32,000 nucleotides of DNA from Formosa sp. Hel1_33_131 (GTDB lineage Bacteria > Bacteroidota > Bacteroidia > Flavobacteriales > Flavobacteriaceae): assembly GCF_001735745.1 (NCBI RefSeq), contig NZ_CP017260.1, positions 2,460,001-2,492,000 of the forward strand, read 5' to 3'. Shown here piece after piece: positions 17,102 to 25,335 of this stretch. Below the pieces are notes generated by a model. The model was not told where the DNA came from, ran no database searches, and worked only from the letters and a program-made list of their open reading frames with translations. A program made the position numbers and the translations under genes. Every line of letters starts with the position of its first letter. The first letter of the stretch is position 1.

Positions 17102-18508
17102 CTAATCAAGATACATCTCTTGAGAATGTGGTTTAAATGAATTTGAATCTAGGATGGGAGTGATGCCATTTACATCAATTGCAAATCTCCCTGCCTGAAT
17201 TGCAGCAAGCGCAGCGGCGAGCAAAGGTTCATTGACATCTCCTAAAACACCATAATTTGAAACGGTTTCTTTCACTTCAATAGTTGGTGTCAATCCCGTG
17301 GACGGAACTGCTTGGTCGTCTTTGTTTACGGTGATGGCGACCAACGGTTGTAGCGCATATAAATGACCCGAATTAGCGCCTTGTCTTTGAAAATCTGGAG
17401 AATCATAAAGCGTTATAGATGCTTGCGATTTCCCAACAGTTTTAGTACCAATTTGCACCACATCGATATAGGATCTTAGGCTGTTCACAATCATTTCACT
17501 TGCGGATGCCGAACTTCCTGTGGTGATGACATATACTTTGTCTAGACCCACCGAGTTAATGGCGTCTCCTTCTGATAGCGTGCTTGTGAAATCGTAATTG
17601 GTATTGTTACTCTGTAAGTCGCTATTGTACTGTAGTTTCGCGAAAATTCCATTAGAAAGACCTGTAATCATACTCCCTAAAGCGGTCGCAGAATTTACAC
17701 TCCCTCCGGGATTGTAGCGCAAGTCCAATATCAATTTTTGAATGTTTTGTGCTTGAAATTCTCCAAAAGCGGTATTCAGTTGTGCGTCATAATCGGCCAC
17801 AAACCCGTTGTACATTAAATAGCCTATGTTTTCATTGTTTACAGTGATTACTTCTGATTTGAAAATTGGGTTTTCAGAATAAACGGTTTTGGTAAGTGTG
17901 ATTGTTTCTGTTCCGTCTGTAAGACTGTCATCTTCTGGAACATCTGTTCCGTTTGTATTGTATGTTGCTAAATGAATGGTATAAGTTTCACTGCTTAAAA
18001 GCGTACGAAGATTATCTTCTGTTAGGGTGACACCATCAATTTTATTAAAAACGTGCCCTCGGGTCAAAGTGGTTGCACTCGCGTTGCTATTTGGTTGTAC
18101 CAAACGCACAATTCCAAACGCATCGCTAGAACTCCCTGGTGCATAATAGAAATTAAATTCAGCGCCATTGGTTTTAGTAACCCCACTAAATTGTTGTTCA
18201 AGAGCAATATAATCATTTGTAATCCAACTAAAACGATCGACCGTTTCTCGGTTATAAATTAAACTTTCAAACAAACCTTCAGGGCTTTCATAGCCGTTTA
18301 AAAAACTTTGATAGTCACTGTCTGACCCAAAACGATCGTTGGCCAAGTTTGGACTGTCATCTTTGTAGAGATAGGCAAAATTCATTGCTTTCCAAACAAA
18401 ATTTTTGATATCTGAGTTTCCTGAAGCGGTATCATCATTATCTTCAAAACAACTGAAAGTAAGACTAAAAACAAGGGAAAGAAGTGCGAATTTAAAAATG
18501 GAGTTCAT
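17102..18508 (-). CDS. S41-family (C-terminal processing type) serine peptidase lipoprotein
   Basis: Lipobox LTFSC. LRYNPGGS, the catalytic-Ser motif TGSSASASE and the Lys motif GTKTVGKSQ are characteristic of peptidase S41. Confidence 0.75.
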   Translation of the reverse strand: MNSIFKFALLSLVFSLTFSCFEDNDDTASGNSDIKNFVWKAMNFAYLYKDDSPNLANDRFGSDSDYQSFLNGYESPEGLFESLIYNRETVDRFSWITNDYIALEQQFSGVTKTNGAEFNFYYAPGSSSDAFGIVRLVQPNSNASATTLTRGHVFNKIDGVTLTEDNLRTLLSSETYTIHLATYNTNGTDVPEDDSLTDGTETITLTKTVYSENPIFKSEVITVNNENIGYLMYNGFVADYDAQLNTAFGEFQAQNIQKLILDLRYNPGGSVNSATALGSMITGLSNGIFAKLQYNSDLQSNNTNYDFTSTLSEGDAINSVGLDKVYVITTGSSASASEMIVNSLRSYIDVVQIGTKTVGKSQASITLYDSPDFQRQGANSGHLYALQPLVAITVNKDDQAVPSTGLTPTIEVKETVSNYGVLGDVNEPLLAAALAAIQAGRFAIDVNGITPILDSNSFKPHSQEMYLD

Positions 18509-18657
18509 AAATAAGGTTTAAATTGTTTGGTTACTTATCAAAGTAACTTTTATTATTGCTTTTAAAATGGGTGATTTGAAGCCTTTTTTTTATAGCTTTG
18601 AATCTTAGACGTCTAAATTAAACTAATTATTAGAAAACAAAAATTATTTCACATTCT

Positions 18658-18683
18658 TGTAACAAAAAAAAACATGAGTCGTC
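18658..18683 (+). promoter_or_regulatory. Putative ECF-type (autoregulated) promoter
   Basis: TGTAAC (18658-18663), a 16-nt spacer, then CGTC (18680-18683), 27 nt upstream of the sigma-factor ATG. It resembles the generic ECF GGAAC-N16/17-CGTC architecture. Confidence 0.4.
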
Positions 18684-18709
18684 TTTAATTTATAAGCTCC
18701 CAACCTACG

Positions 18710-19225
18710 ATGAACGAAAGAGAATATTTAAAAATTGTCACTCCTTTTAAGGATAAAATTTTCCGAGTGGCGAGACGTTTGTTGGTATCGGTTGAGGAAG
18801 CAGAGGATGCGACACAAGAAGTTCTTTTGAAATTATGGAACCATCGGCAAAAATTTAAGGACTATAACAGTCCTGAAGCATTTGCAATGACAATGACAAA
18901 AAATTGGTGCTTTGATCGATTAAAATCAAAACAAGCACAAAATTTAAAAATAGTACATAACAATTATGAAGACCATTCACAATCCTTACAAAAATCAATA
19001 GAGGTTAATGACAGTCTTCGCTGGGTAGAGAAACACATGGAAGCGTTGCCCGAAAAACAAAAATTAATATTACAACTCAGAGATATTGAACAGTATGAGT
19101 TTAATGAAATAGCAAAAATACTAGACATGTCCGAAGCCACCATCAGAGTTTCACTGTCGAGAGCAAGAAAATCAATAAGAGAAAAATTAACAAAGACCCA
19201 TAATTATGGAATTAAAAAACATTGA
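18710..19225 (+). CDS. ECF-type RNA polymerase sigma-70 family factor
   Basis: 171 aa with region 2 (EDATQEVLLKLW) and a region 4 HTH (LPEKQKLILQLRDIEQYEFNEIAKILDMSEATIRVSLSRARKSIR). Confidence 0.9.
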   Translation: MNEREYLKIVTPFKDKIFRVARRLLVSVEEAEDATQEVLLKLWNHRQKFKDYNSPEAFAMTMTKNWCFDRLKSKQAQNLKIVHNNYEDHSQSLQKSIEVNDSLRWVEKHMEALPEKQKLILQLRDIEQYEFNEIAKILDMSEATIRVSLSRARKSIREKLTKTHNYGIKKH

Positions 19226-19694
19226 AAGTCTTTTAGAAAAGTACGAAGAAGGGCAGACAAGCTTACAAGAAGAAGCACAGTTAAAACACTATTTTACAAC
19301 TGAAACTGTGGCGCCTCACTTGGAAGTTTACCGCTCACTATTCACTTATTTTGTATCGGATAAGCAGCTTTCCTATCAAAGACCTTTACCCGCGACACGC
19401 CGCAACTCCAACAAATACCGTTGGTTTGCATCGGCTGCTGTCGTCACCATTATGTTTACTGCTTTTATGACGCTCACCTCAAAGGATGAATTTATCAAGC
19501 TCTCTAATGAAGAACAATTTGCTTATAATGAAACCTTGAAAGCCTTTGATTTAATTTCGAATCAGATGCATAAAGGAGCAGCACCCTTAAATGCTTTAAA
19601 CATGATTTCTACTTCTTTTGAACAAGGGCAACAAAATGTTGTTTTTTTAGAAGAATTTAATAACTCGACCAACAAAATATTTAACATTAAATAA
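19206..19694 (+). CDS. Single-pass membrane protein, probable anti-sigma factor partner
   Basis: It overlaps the sigma gene by 20 nt, suggesting translational coupling. It has a cytoplasmic helical N-terminus and one TM helix (WFASAAVVTIMFTAFMTL). No zinc-finger anti-sigma motif was seen. Confidence 0.45.
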   Translation: MELKNIESLLEKYEEGQTSLQEEAQLKHYFTTETVAPHLEVYRSLFTYFVSDKQLSYQRPLPATRRNSNKYRWFASAAVVTIMFTAFMTLTSKDEFIKLSNEEQFAYNETLKAFDLISNQMHKGAAPLNALNMISTSFEQGQQNVVFLEEFNNSTNKIFNIK

Positions 19695-19714
19695 TTAAAT
19701 CTAAATTTAAAAAA

Positions 19715-20281
19715 ATGAAAAAAATTGTAGTAATTCTTAGTTTGCTTATGGCTCCGATAGCCATCTCAGCGCAAAGCATATTTGAAAAATATGAAGATCA
19801 AGAACATGTGACTTCTGTGGTTGTGAACCAAAAGATGTTTAAAATGTTGGCCAATATTGATATTCAAACCAATGATCCCGATTCTGATGCTTTTATAAAC
19901 CAAGTCAAAATGCTGGATAATTTAACTGTTTTTACAACCGATAATATGGATGTTTCAAATTCCATGAAAAAAGATGTTGAGAAATACATCAAAAGTTCCA
20001 AGCTCGAGGAGCTCATGCGAATCAAAGATGGCGATCAAACCGTTAATTTCTTTGTTTTAGAAGGTAAAGACGATAACCATGTAAAAGAACTCCTCATGTT
20101 TGTGAATGGCTTGGGAGATCTCACCAAAAATGAAAACATCTCTATTAATGGGAAACAACGTGTGATTGAAACGGTTCTGTTATCTCTCACTGGAGATATT
20201 GATTTACGTCAAGTTTCAAAACTCACAAATCAGTTGAATGTCCCCGGTGGAGAGCAACTTAAAAAAGCAACTAAAAAATAA
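19715..20281 (+). CDS. DUF4252-like secreted protein
   Basis: Signal peptide ending AISAQS. The F.KY....VTSVVVNQKMFKMLANI opening is typical of DUF4252, the family usually found next to ECF sigma genes in Bacteroidota. Confidence 0.6.
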   Translation: MKKIVVILSLLMAPIAISAQSIFEKYEDQEHVTSVVVNQKMFKMLANIDIQTNDPDSDAFINQVKMLDNLTVFTTDNMDVSNSMKKDVEKYIKSSKLEELMRIKDGDQTVNFFVLEGKDDNHVKELLMFVNGLGDLTKNENISINGKQRVIETVLLSLTGDIDLRQVSKLTNQLNVPGGEQLKKATKK

Positions 20282-20821
20282 ATGAAGACGCTCCTTAAAT
20301 TTTCAACAATTTTTGGTGTATTCCTTGTTTTAGGATGTTCACCTGAATTAACACTACAAACCTATTTTGTAGAGCACCAAGAGGCCTCTGGTTTTATGTC
20401 TGTGGACATTCCGATGTCCTTTCTAAATCCCGATAAAATTGAGCTTTCAGACGTTCAAGAAGAGGCGATTGATTCCATCGACAAACTCAATATGCTTGCC
20501 TATAGTTTGAGTGATGGAACTGAGGAAGAATTTAATGCTGAATTGGCTAAAGTCAAAACCATTTTAAAAGCAGAAAAATACAACGATCTGATGCGTGGTG
20601 GCAATTCTACAGACGGGAAACTCTACATTAAGTATATAGGAGAAGATTCCGAAATAGACGAACTCATTGTGTTTGGCTTTTCTCAAGACAATGGATTTGC
20701 CATCATCAGAGTTTTAGGGGACAATATGGAGCTCTCTAAAATTTTGAAACTCGAGACAGTTGTGGATCAGTTTGATACTGAAAACGCAAATGTCGAAGAT
20801 TTTATGAAATTCTTACTGTAG
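20282..20821 (+). CDS. DUF4252-like lipoprotein (second paralog)
   Basis: Its ATG directly abuts the TAA of the previous gene. Lipobox LVLGC. Same length and architecture as the upstream paralog. Confidence 0.5.
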   Translation: MKTLLKFSTIFGVFLVLGCSPELTLQTYFVEHQEASGFMSVDIPMSFLNPDKIELSDVQEEAIDSIDKLNMLAYSLSDGTEEEFNAELAKVKTILKAEKYNDLMRGGNSTDGKLYIKYIGEDSEIDELIVFGFSQDNGFAIIRVLGDNMELSKILKLETVVDQFDTENANVEDFMKFLL

Positions 20822-20844
20822 GATACAACTTTAATTTAATCTAG

Positions 20845-20961
20845 GAGGCTATCTAAAAAGACTTTACTTTGTCAATCTGAACTTGTTTCAGATTCTGAAA
20901 TAAACCTGCCTACCGTCAGGCAGGTTCAGAATGACAGATGTTCTACTTTTTAGACAGCCTC
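20845..20961. repeat. Palindromic REP/MITE-like element (20870-20936) nested inside a terminator-like outer hairpin
   Basis: Outer arms gaggctatctaaaaag (20845-20860) / ctttttagacagcctc (20946-20961) pair at 15 of 16 positions and are followed by TTTT. The inner element runs tgtcaatctgaacttgtttcagattctgaaataaa-cctgcctaccgtcaggcagg-ttcagaatgaca. Confidence 0.85.
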
Positions 20962-20981
20962 TTTTAGAGTTTTTAACTCCC

Positions 20982-22325
20982 TTATATCCCTGTGTAGTTA
21001 GACGGTGTAATGGCTTTTAACTCTGTTTTAATGGAGTCACTAACTTCAAGGGTATCAATAAAATTAGAGATCGAAGTTTTGGAAATAGCTTCGTTGGTGC
21101 GTGTCAATCCTTTCAGTGCTTCATAAGGATTTGGAAATCCTTCACGTCTTAAAATGGTTTGAATCGCTTCTGCCACAACCGCCCAATTTTTTTCTAAATC
21201 TTCTGCAATTTTAGAAGGGTTTAATAATAATTTCTGCAATCCTTTTAAGGTCGATTTGAAGGCGATGATGGTATGTGCAAACGGCACTCCCACATTTCTT
21301 AAAACCGTACTATCCGTTAAATCGCGTTGCAATCTAGACACAGGAAGCTTGGCTGATAAATGCTCAAAAATCGCATTGGCAATTCCTAAATTCCCTTCGC
21401 TGTTTTCAAAATCAATGGGATTGACTTTATGGGGCATCGCCGAACTGCCGACTTCCCCTTCTTTAATTTTTTGTTTGAAATAATCCATAGACACATAGGT
21501 CCAGAAATCACGATCCAAATCGATGATAATGGTGTTGATGCGTTTTAAGGCATCAAACGACGCAGCCATGTGGTCGTAATGTTCAATTTGTGTGGTTGGG
21601 AAGGAGTGGTGAAGTCCTAGTTTGTCTTTTAAAAAGTTGTTTGCAAATGCTTGCCAATCAATGTTTGGGTAAGCCACTTTATGTGCATTAAAATTTCCTG
21701 TGGCACCCCCAAATTTCGCAGCATTCGGAATCGATTTTAAAGATTCAAATTGCGCCTCTAAACGGGTTACAAACACTTGAATTTCTTTTCCTAGGCGGGT
21801 AGGTGAGGCGGGTTGCCCGTGCGTGCGTGCCAATAACGGAATTTCTTTCCAATCGTTGACCAATTCTTTTAAGCAATTTGTTAAGGTGTTGTATTCTGGG
21901 ATATAGACCGCTTCAATCGCGTCTTTGATGCTTAAAGGAATGGCGGTATTGTTTATATCTTGAGAAGTCAATCCGAAGTGAATAAACTCTTTATATTCAG
22001 AAATTTGAAGGGCATCAAATTTGTCTTTTATAAAATATTCAACTGCTTTCACATCGTGGTTTGTAATGCTTTCAATGTCCTTAATTGCTTGTGCATCTTT
22101 GGATGAAAACTCCGTGTAAATGGCTCTTAAATCTTTAAAATGATCCGAATTGAAATTTTTTAATTGCGGTAAAGGAATTTCACAAAGCGCAATAAAATAT
22201 TCTATCTCAACTAAAACTCGGTATTTGATGAGGGATTCTTCAGAGAAAAACCCTGCCAATGCATCAGTTTTTGATCTGTAGCGACCGTCAATTGGAGAAA
22301 TAGCATTTAGCATGGATATAGACAT
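20982..22325 (-). CDS. purB: Adenylosuccinate lyase
   Basis: 447 aa with the fumarate-lyase family signature GSSAMPHKVNP and end-to-end PurB similarity. Confidence 0.95.
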   Translation of the reverse strand: MSISMLNAISPIDGRYRSKTDALAGFFSEESLIKYRVLVEIEYFIALCEIPLPQLKNFNSDHFKDLRAIYTEFSSKDAQAIKDIESITNHDVKAVEYFIKDKFDALQISEYKEFIHFGLTSQDINNTAIPLSIKDAIEAVYIPEYNTLTNCLKELVNDWKEIPLLARTHGQPASPTRLGKEIQVFVTRLEAQFESLKSIPNAAKFGGATGNFNAHKVAYPNIDWQAFANNFLKDKLGLHHSFPTTQIEHYDHMAASFDALKRINTIIIDLDRDFWTYVSMDYFKQKIKEGEVGSSAMPHKVNPIDFENSEGNLGIANAIFEHLSAKLPVSRLQRDLTDSTVLRNVGVPFAHTIIAFKSTLKGLQKLLLNPSKIAEDLEKNWAVVAEAIQTILRREGFPNPYEALKGLTRTNEAISKTSISNFIDTLEVSDSIKTELKAITPSNYTGI

Positions 22326-22418
22326 AGTTGTTGTATTTTTTTGAAGCTACAAATATAGGGCTTTTCAATCGAAGTAATTCGACTTGCTTTTAAGTTTTTA
22401 GGAACTTTTAAGTGTCAA

Positions 22419-23003
22419 TTATATAAGAAATTCATGGGTACTCAATTTAATTTGATTCAGAATTTTTCGAGCACGTGCCTTGTATCCTGAACTTCCAGTA
22501 TGATAATCCCGCTCTAAAATAATTTTTAATTCGGGGTGGATCCAAGTAAATTGAAACCCTAGCCAATATAAACTTTGCATCGCATAGGCTTTTGGCGCTA
22601 TTTTATGGTCTCCTATCAGATAGTCAAAGTTCACTGCAATAATACGTTCTAAGTGAACTGGTTTTAAGCGTTGTTTTAGGGGTTTAATTTTTTTATCTAG
22701 ATAATATTCAATGAGGTACTCACAGATTTTAGCGATGGGACGCACAGCTGAATCTAAATATACGTCTCCCATTTTCGATGTAAACACATCGATATACGGA
22801 AGTATGATGGAAGGATTTTTTTTGGTAACAAACTCCAAAACCCATGCAGCTCGACAAGATATTTTTGAATCAACTTCAAACAGAATTTTTAAAAGAACTG
22901 GAATTAATTTTTGATTTTCAATCACCATTTGAGCGTATTTCGCCCTGTTTTCGCGACTGTGATTCACGTATGAAAGTTCCTTTACTAAGTTTTCGTAGGT
23001 CAT
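22419..23003 (-). CDS. Hypothetical all-helical (HEAT/ARM-like) protein
   Basis: 194-aa ORF, same strand as purB and upstream of it. Helical repeat character (AAWVLEFVTKKNPSIILPYIDVF...). No confident family assignment. Confidence 0.4.
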   Translation of the reverse strand: MTYENLVKELSYVNHSRENRAKYAQMVIENQKLIPVLLKILFEVDSKISCRAAWVLEFVTKKNPSIILPYIDVFTSKMGDVYLDSAVRPIAKICEYLIEYYLDKKIKPLKQRLKPVHLERIIAVNFDYLIGDHKIAPKAYAMQSLYWLGFQFTWIHPELKIILERDYHTGSSGYKARARKILNQIKLSTHEFLI

Positions 23004-23168
23004 AACTTAATTTTAAAAGGGTGTTGACTTCAACACAATAAGCCTTAAAAGTAAACAAAATTTAATTCAACTCAAAACCGTCCCCAAAACGCCCACTGGG
23101 TTTTAAACTCTCAAAACTAACGCTAGTTAAACTAAATTTTAATAACTTTATACTTTAATCAAATTGTA

Positions 23169-23642
23169 ATGACTCGTAAGAAAAAAATAATAGTTGGTGT
23201 AGTGATTGTGTTTGTAATCGCACAATTTTTTCAACCGAACAAAAACCAAGGAAATCTGGAGTCCATTGATCTTTTTTTAGTGGAAACACAAGCTCCTAAA
23301 GAAGTGAAACAAATTTTACAACAAGCCTGTTTTGATTGTCATAGCAGTTCTACAAATTATCCATGGTACAATTCGATCACCCCCGTAAATTACTGGTTAA
23401 ACAGCCATATTAAAGAAGGTCAAAAACATTTTAATGTTTCCAAATGGGCCAGTTATTCAACCAAGAAAAAAGACCATAAACTCGAAGAATTAATAGAGGA
23501 ACTTGATGAAGGTGAGATGCCGTTGGCGTCTTATACTTGGACACATTCGGAAGCGCAATTGACAGAAGCTCAAGTGCAAATTCTTATGGATTGGGCCAGC
23601 AGCGTTCGGTCCAATTACAGTCTTCACAACGACCACGACTAA
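23169..23642 (+). CDS. Haem-binding-domain protein (membrane anchored)
   Basis: N-terminal TM helix. CFDCHSSSTNYPWYNSITPVNYWLNSHIKEGQKHFNVSKW and EMPLASYTW match the Haem_bd domain family. Confidence 0.7.
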   Translation: MTRKKKIIVGVVIVFVIAQFFQPNKNQGNLESIDLFLVETQAPKEVKQILQQACFDCHSSSTNYPWYNSITPVNYWLNSHIKEGQKHFNVSKWASYSTKKKDHKLEELIEELDEGEMPLASYTWTHSEAQLTEAQVQILMDWASSVRSNYSLHNDHD

Positions 23643-23653
23643 TTTTGAGCCCT

Positions 23654-24892
23654 ATGCAGTCCACCGTACTTGTAATCGGATTTGTGTATCCAGAACCCAA
23701 CTCCTCGGCAGCGGGCACGCGGATGCTTCAATTGATAGAAGCCTTTCAATCGCAAGACTATCAAATTACGTTTGCTACCACTTGCAAAAAGTCAGACAAT
23801 GCGTTTGATTTAGAATCCATAGGGGTGACCGTTGTTGAAATTGAACTCAACCATTCGAGTTTTGATGTATTTATAAAAGAGTTGAATCCCGCGATAGTTC
23901 TGTTTGATCGGTTTATGACAGAAGAACAATTTGGCTGGCGCGTGAGTGAACAGTGCCCCGATGCTTTAAAGATTTTAGATACAGAAGATTTGCATTTTCT
24001 TAGAAAAGGACGTCAAAAGGCGTTCAATTCAAATCAAAAAATGGATGCTACATTTTTCACTAACGATACTGCCAAGCGCGAAATTGCCAGTATTTATAGA
24101 AGTGATCTGTCGCTAGTGATTTCCGAAACTGAAATGGGGATTTTAACAGATACCTTTAAAATCGATCCTGCTATTTTGTGCTACCTCCCTTTTATGATTC
24201 CCTCTGAAAATTGTATTCCTCGTTCGGATTGTAAGCCCTATTCTGAGAGACGTGATTTTGTTTCGTTGGGGAATTTTTTACATCCCCCAAACTTAGATGT
24301 CGTACGGTATTTAAAAAAAGACATTTGGCCCAAAATTAAAAAAGAACTCCCAGTAGCAAAACTCCATATTTATGGCGCTTACGACACTCCAAACATCAAA
24401 GAGATGCACAATGAAAAAGAAGGGTTTTTGTTACATGGATTTGTAGAGAATGCGTTTGAGGTTTTAAATTCTGCTAAAGTTTTATTGGCACCGCTTCGTT
24501 TTGGGGCGGGACTGAAGGGAAAGCTGACTCAGGCCATGCAAACGGGGACGCCTTGTGCCATGTCGTCTGTGGCGGCGGAGGGCATGTTTGGCAGCATGAA
24601 ACCCAATGGTGTTATAGAAGATACTGCCGATGCGTTTATAGCGCGCACCGTGGCGACGTATTCCAATGCCACTGAATGGGAGGGCTTTCAACAACAGGGG
24701 TTTTCCGTTCTTAAAAACAGATTTGAAAAAGCTGAACATCAAACACGATTTTTGAATCGAGTGAAAGCACTTCAGAGTAATCTCAATACCCACCGTGCTC
24801 AAAATTTCATCGGACAAATGCTCAGCCACCACCAAATGCAAAGCACAAAGTATATGGCGCGCTGGATTGAAGCGAAGAATTCGACGCCTTAA
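23654..24892 (+). CDS. GT-B fold glycosyltransferase (GT4-like)
   Basis: ATG at 23654, 11 nt after the upstream stop. The longer ORF-track start at 23537 overlaps the previous gene and looks artefactual. The MQSTVLVIGFVYPEPNSSAAG opening and the C-terminal VLLAPLRFGAGLKGKLTQAMQTGTP motif (E/GxxxK-type sugar-donor region) are glycosyltransferase-like. Confidence 0.6.
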   Translation: MQSTVLVIGFVYPEPNSSAAGTRMLQLIEAFQSQDYQITFATTCKKSDNAFDLESIGVTVVEIELNHSSFDVFIKELNPAIVLFDRFMTEEQFGWRVSEQCPDALKILDTEDLHFLRKGRQKAFNSNQKMDATFFTNDTAKREIASIYRSDLSLVISETEMGILTDTFKIDPAILCYLPFMIPSENCIPRSDCKPYSERRDFVSLGNFLHPPNLDVVRYLKKDIWPKIKKELPVAKLHIYGAYDTPNIKEMHNEKEGFLLHGFVENAFEVLNSAKVLLAPLRFGAGLKGKLTQAMQTGTPCAMSSVAAEGMFGSMKPNGVIEDTADAFIARTVATYSNATEWEGFQQQGFSVLKNRFEKAEHQTRFLNRVKALQSNLNTHRAQNFIGQMLSHHQMQSTKYMARWIEAKNSTP

Positions 24893-24918
24893 ATACCTGA
24901 AACCTCTCCCTTATGTTT

Positions 24919-24955
24919 TGTCATCCTGAACTTGTTTCAGGATCGTTTCAGGATC
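24919..24955. repeat. Left-hand copy of the palindromic repeat family, upstream of the GIY-YIG gene
   Basis: tgtcatcctgaacttgtttcaggatc (24919-24944) with the 11-mer gtttcaggatc duplicated (24934-24944, 24945-24955). An extra half-site cctgaaac lies at 24896-24903. Confidence 0.75.
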
Positions 24956-25011
24956 ATTTCATATCCAAAAAACCCTTATATTTACACCTAGCCCCAAACT
25001 CAACTCCAACC

Positions 25012-25335
25012 ATGCCAAAACGCTTCTATCACAACTACTGGGTATACATCCTCGCCAGCAAACCCCGCGGCATTTTATACATCGGATTCACTGGTGGAAT
25101 AGACGATCGTATGGAACGTCACATGAGAAATGAAGGCAGTAAATTTACTGCAAAGTATAATGTAAAACAATTGGTGTACTTTGAAGAATTTCAATATGTA
25201 TGGGATGCAATTGCTTGAGAAAAACAATTAAAAAATTGGCATAGAGAATGGAAGATTAATTTAATTGAAGAGAGTAATCCGAATTGGGATAATTTATGGA
25301 AGCCATTAGGGGACCCTGAAACACGTTCAGGGTGA
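25012..25335 (+). pseudogene. GIY-YIG nuclease family gene (YhbQ-like) interrupted by an in-frame TGA at 25216-25218
   Basis: MPKRFYHNYWVYILASKPRGILYIGFTGGIDDRMERH...VYFEEFQYVWDAIA-[TGA]-EKQLKNWHREWKINLIEESNPNWDNL. The stop replaces the Arg of the family's conserved A-R-E-K-Q-(I/L)-K helix (CGA to TGA). The frame stays open to TGA at 25333-25335. TGA is a normal stop elsewhere in the window (for example 4523-4525). Confidence 0.75.

Noticed and set aside
18530-18554. Perfect hairpin gttactt-atca-aagtaac followed by ttttatt, resembling a plus-strand terminator
   Set aside because: No plus-strand gene ends upstream of it. It lies in the 5' leader region of the minus-strand S41 peptidase gene. 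It may be a leader structure or operator, but I cannot support a function.
23537-23653. Upstream extension of the glycosyltransferase ORF overlapping the haem-binding-domain gene by 106 nt
   Set aside because: The extension is out of frame with, and embedded in, a well-supported gene. The internal ATG at 23654 gives a typical GT N-terminus (MQSTVLVIGFVYPEP) 11 nt after the upstream stop.
24480-24680. Locally GC-rich stretch in the glycosyltransferase gene as a hint of horizontal transfer
   Set aside because: It is confined to the conserved Gly/Ala/Arg-rich catalytic motif region. The rest of the gene has normal composition and there are no flanking mobility genes.
24913-25011. N-terminal extension of the GIY-YIG ORF (track start 24913)
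   Set aside because: The first 33 codons translate the palindromic repeat and a non-conserved linker. The family-typical N-terminus (MPKRFYHNYWVYIL) begins at the ATG at 25012.
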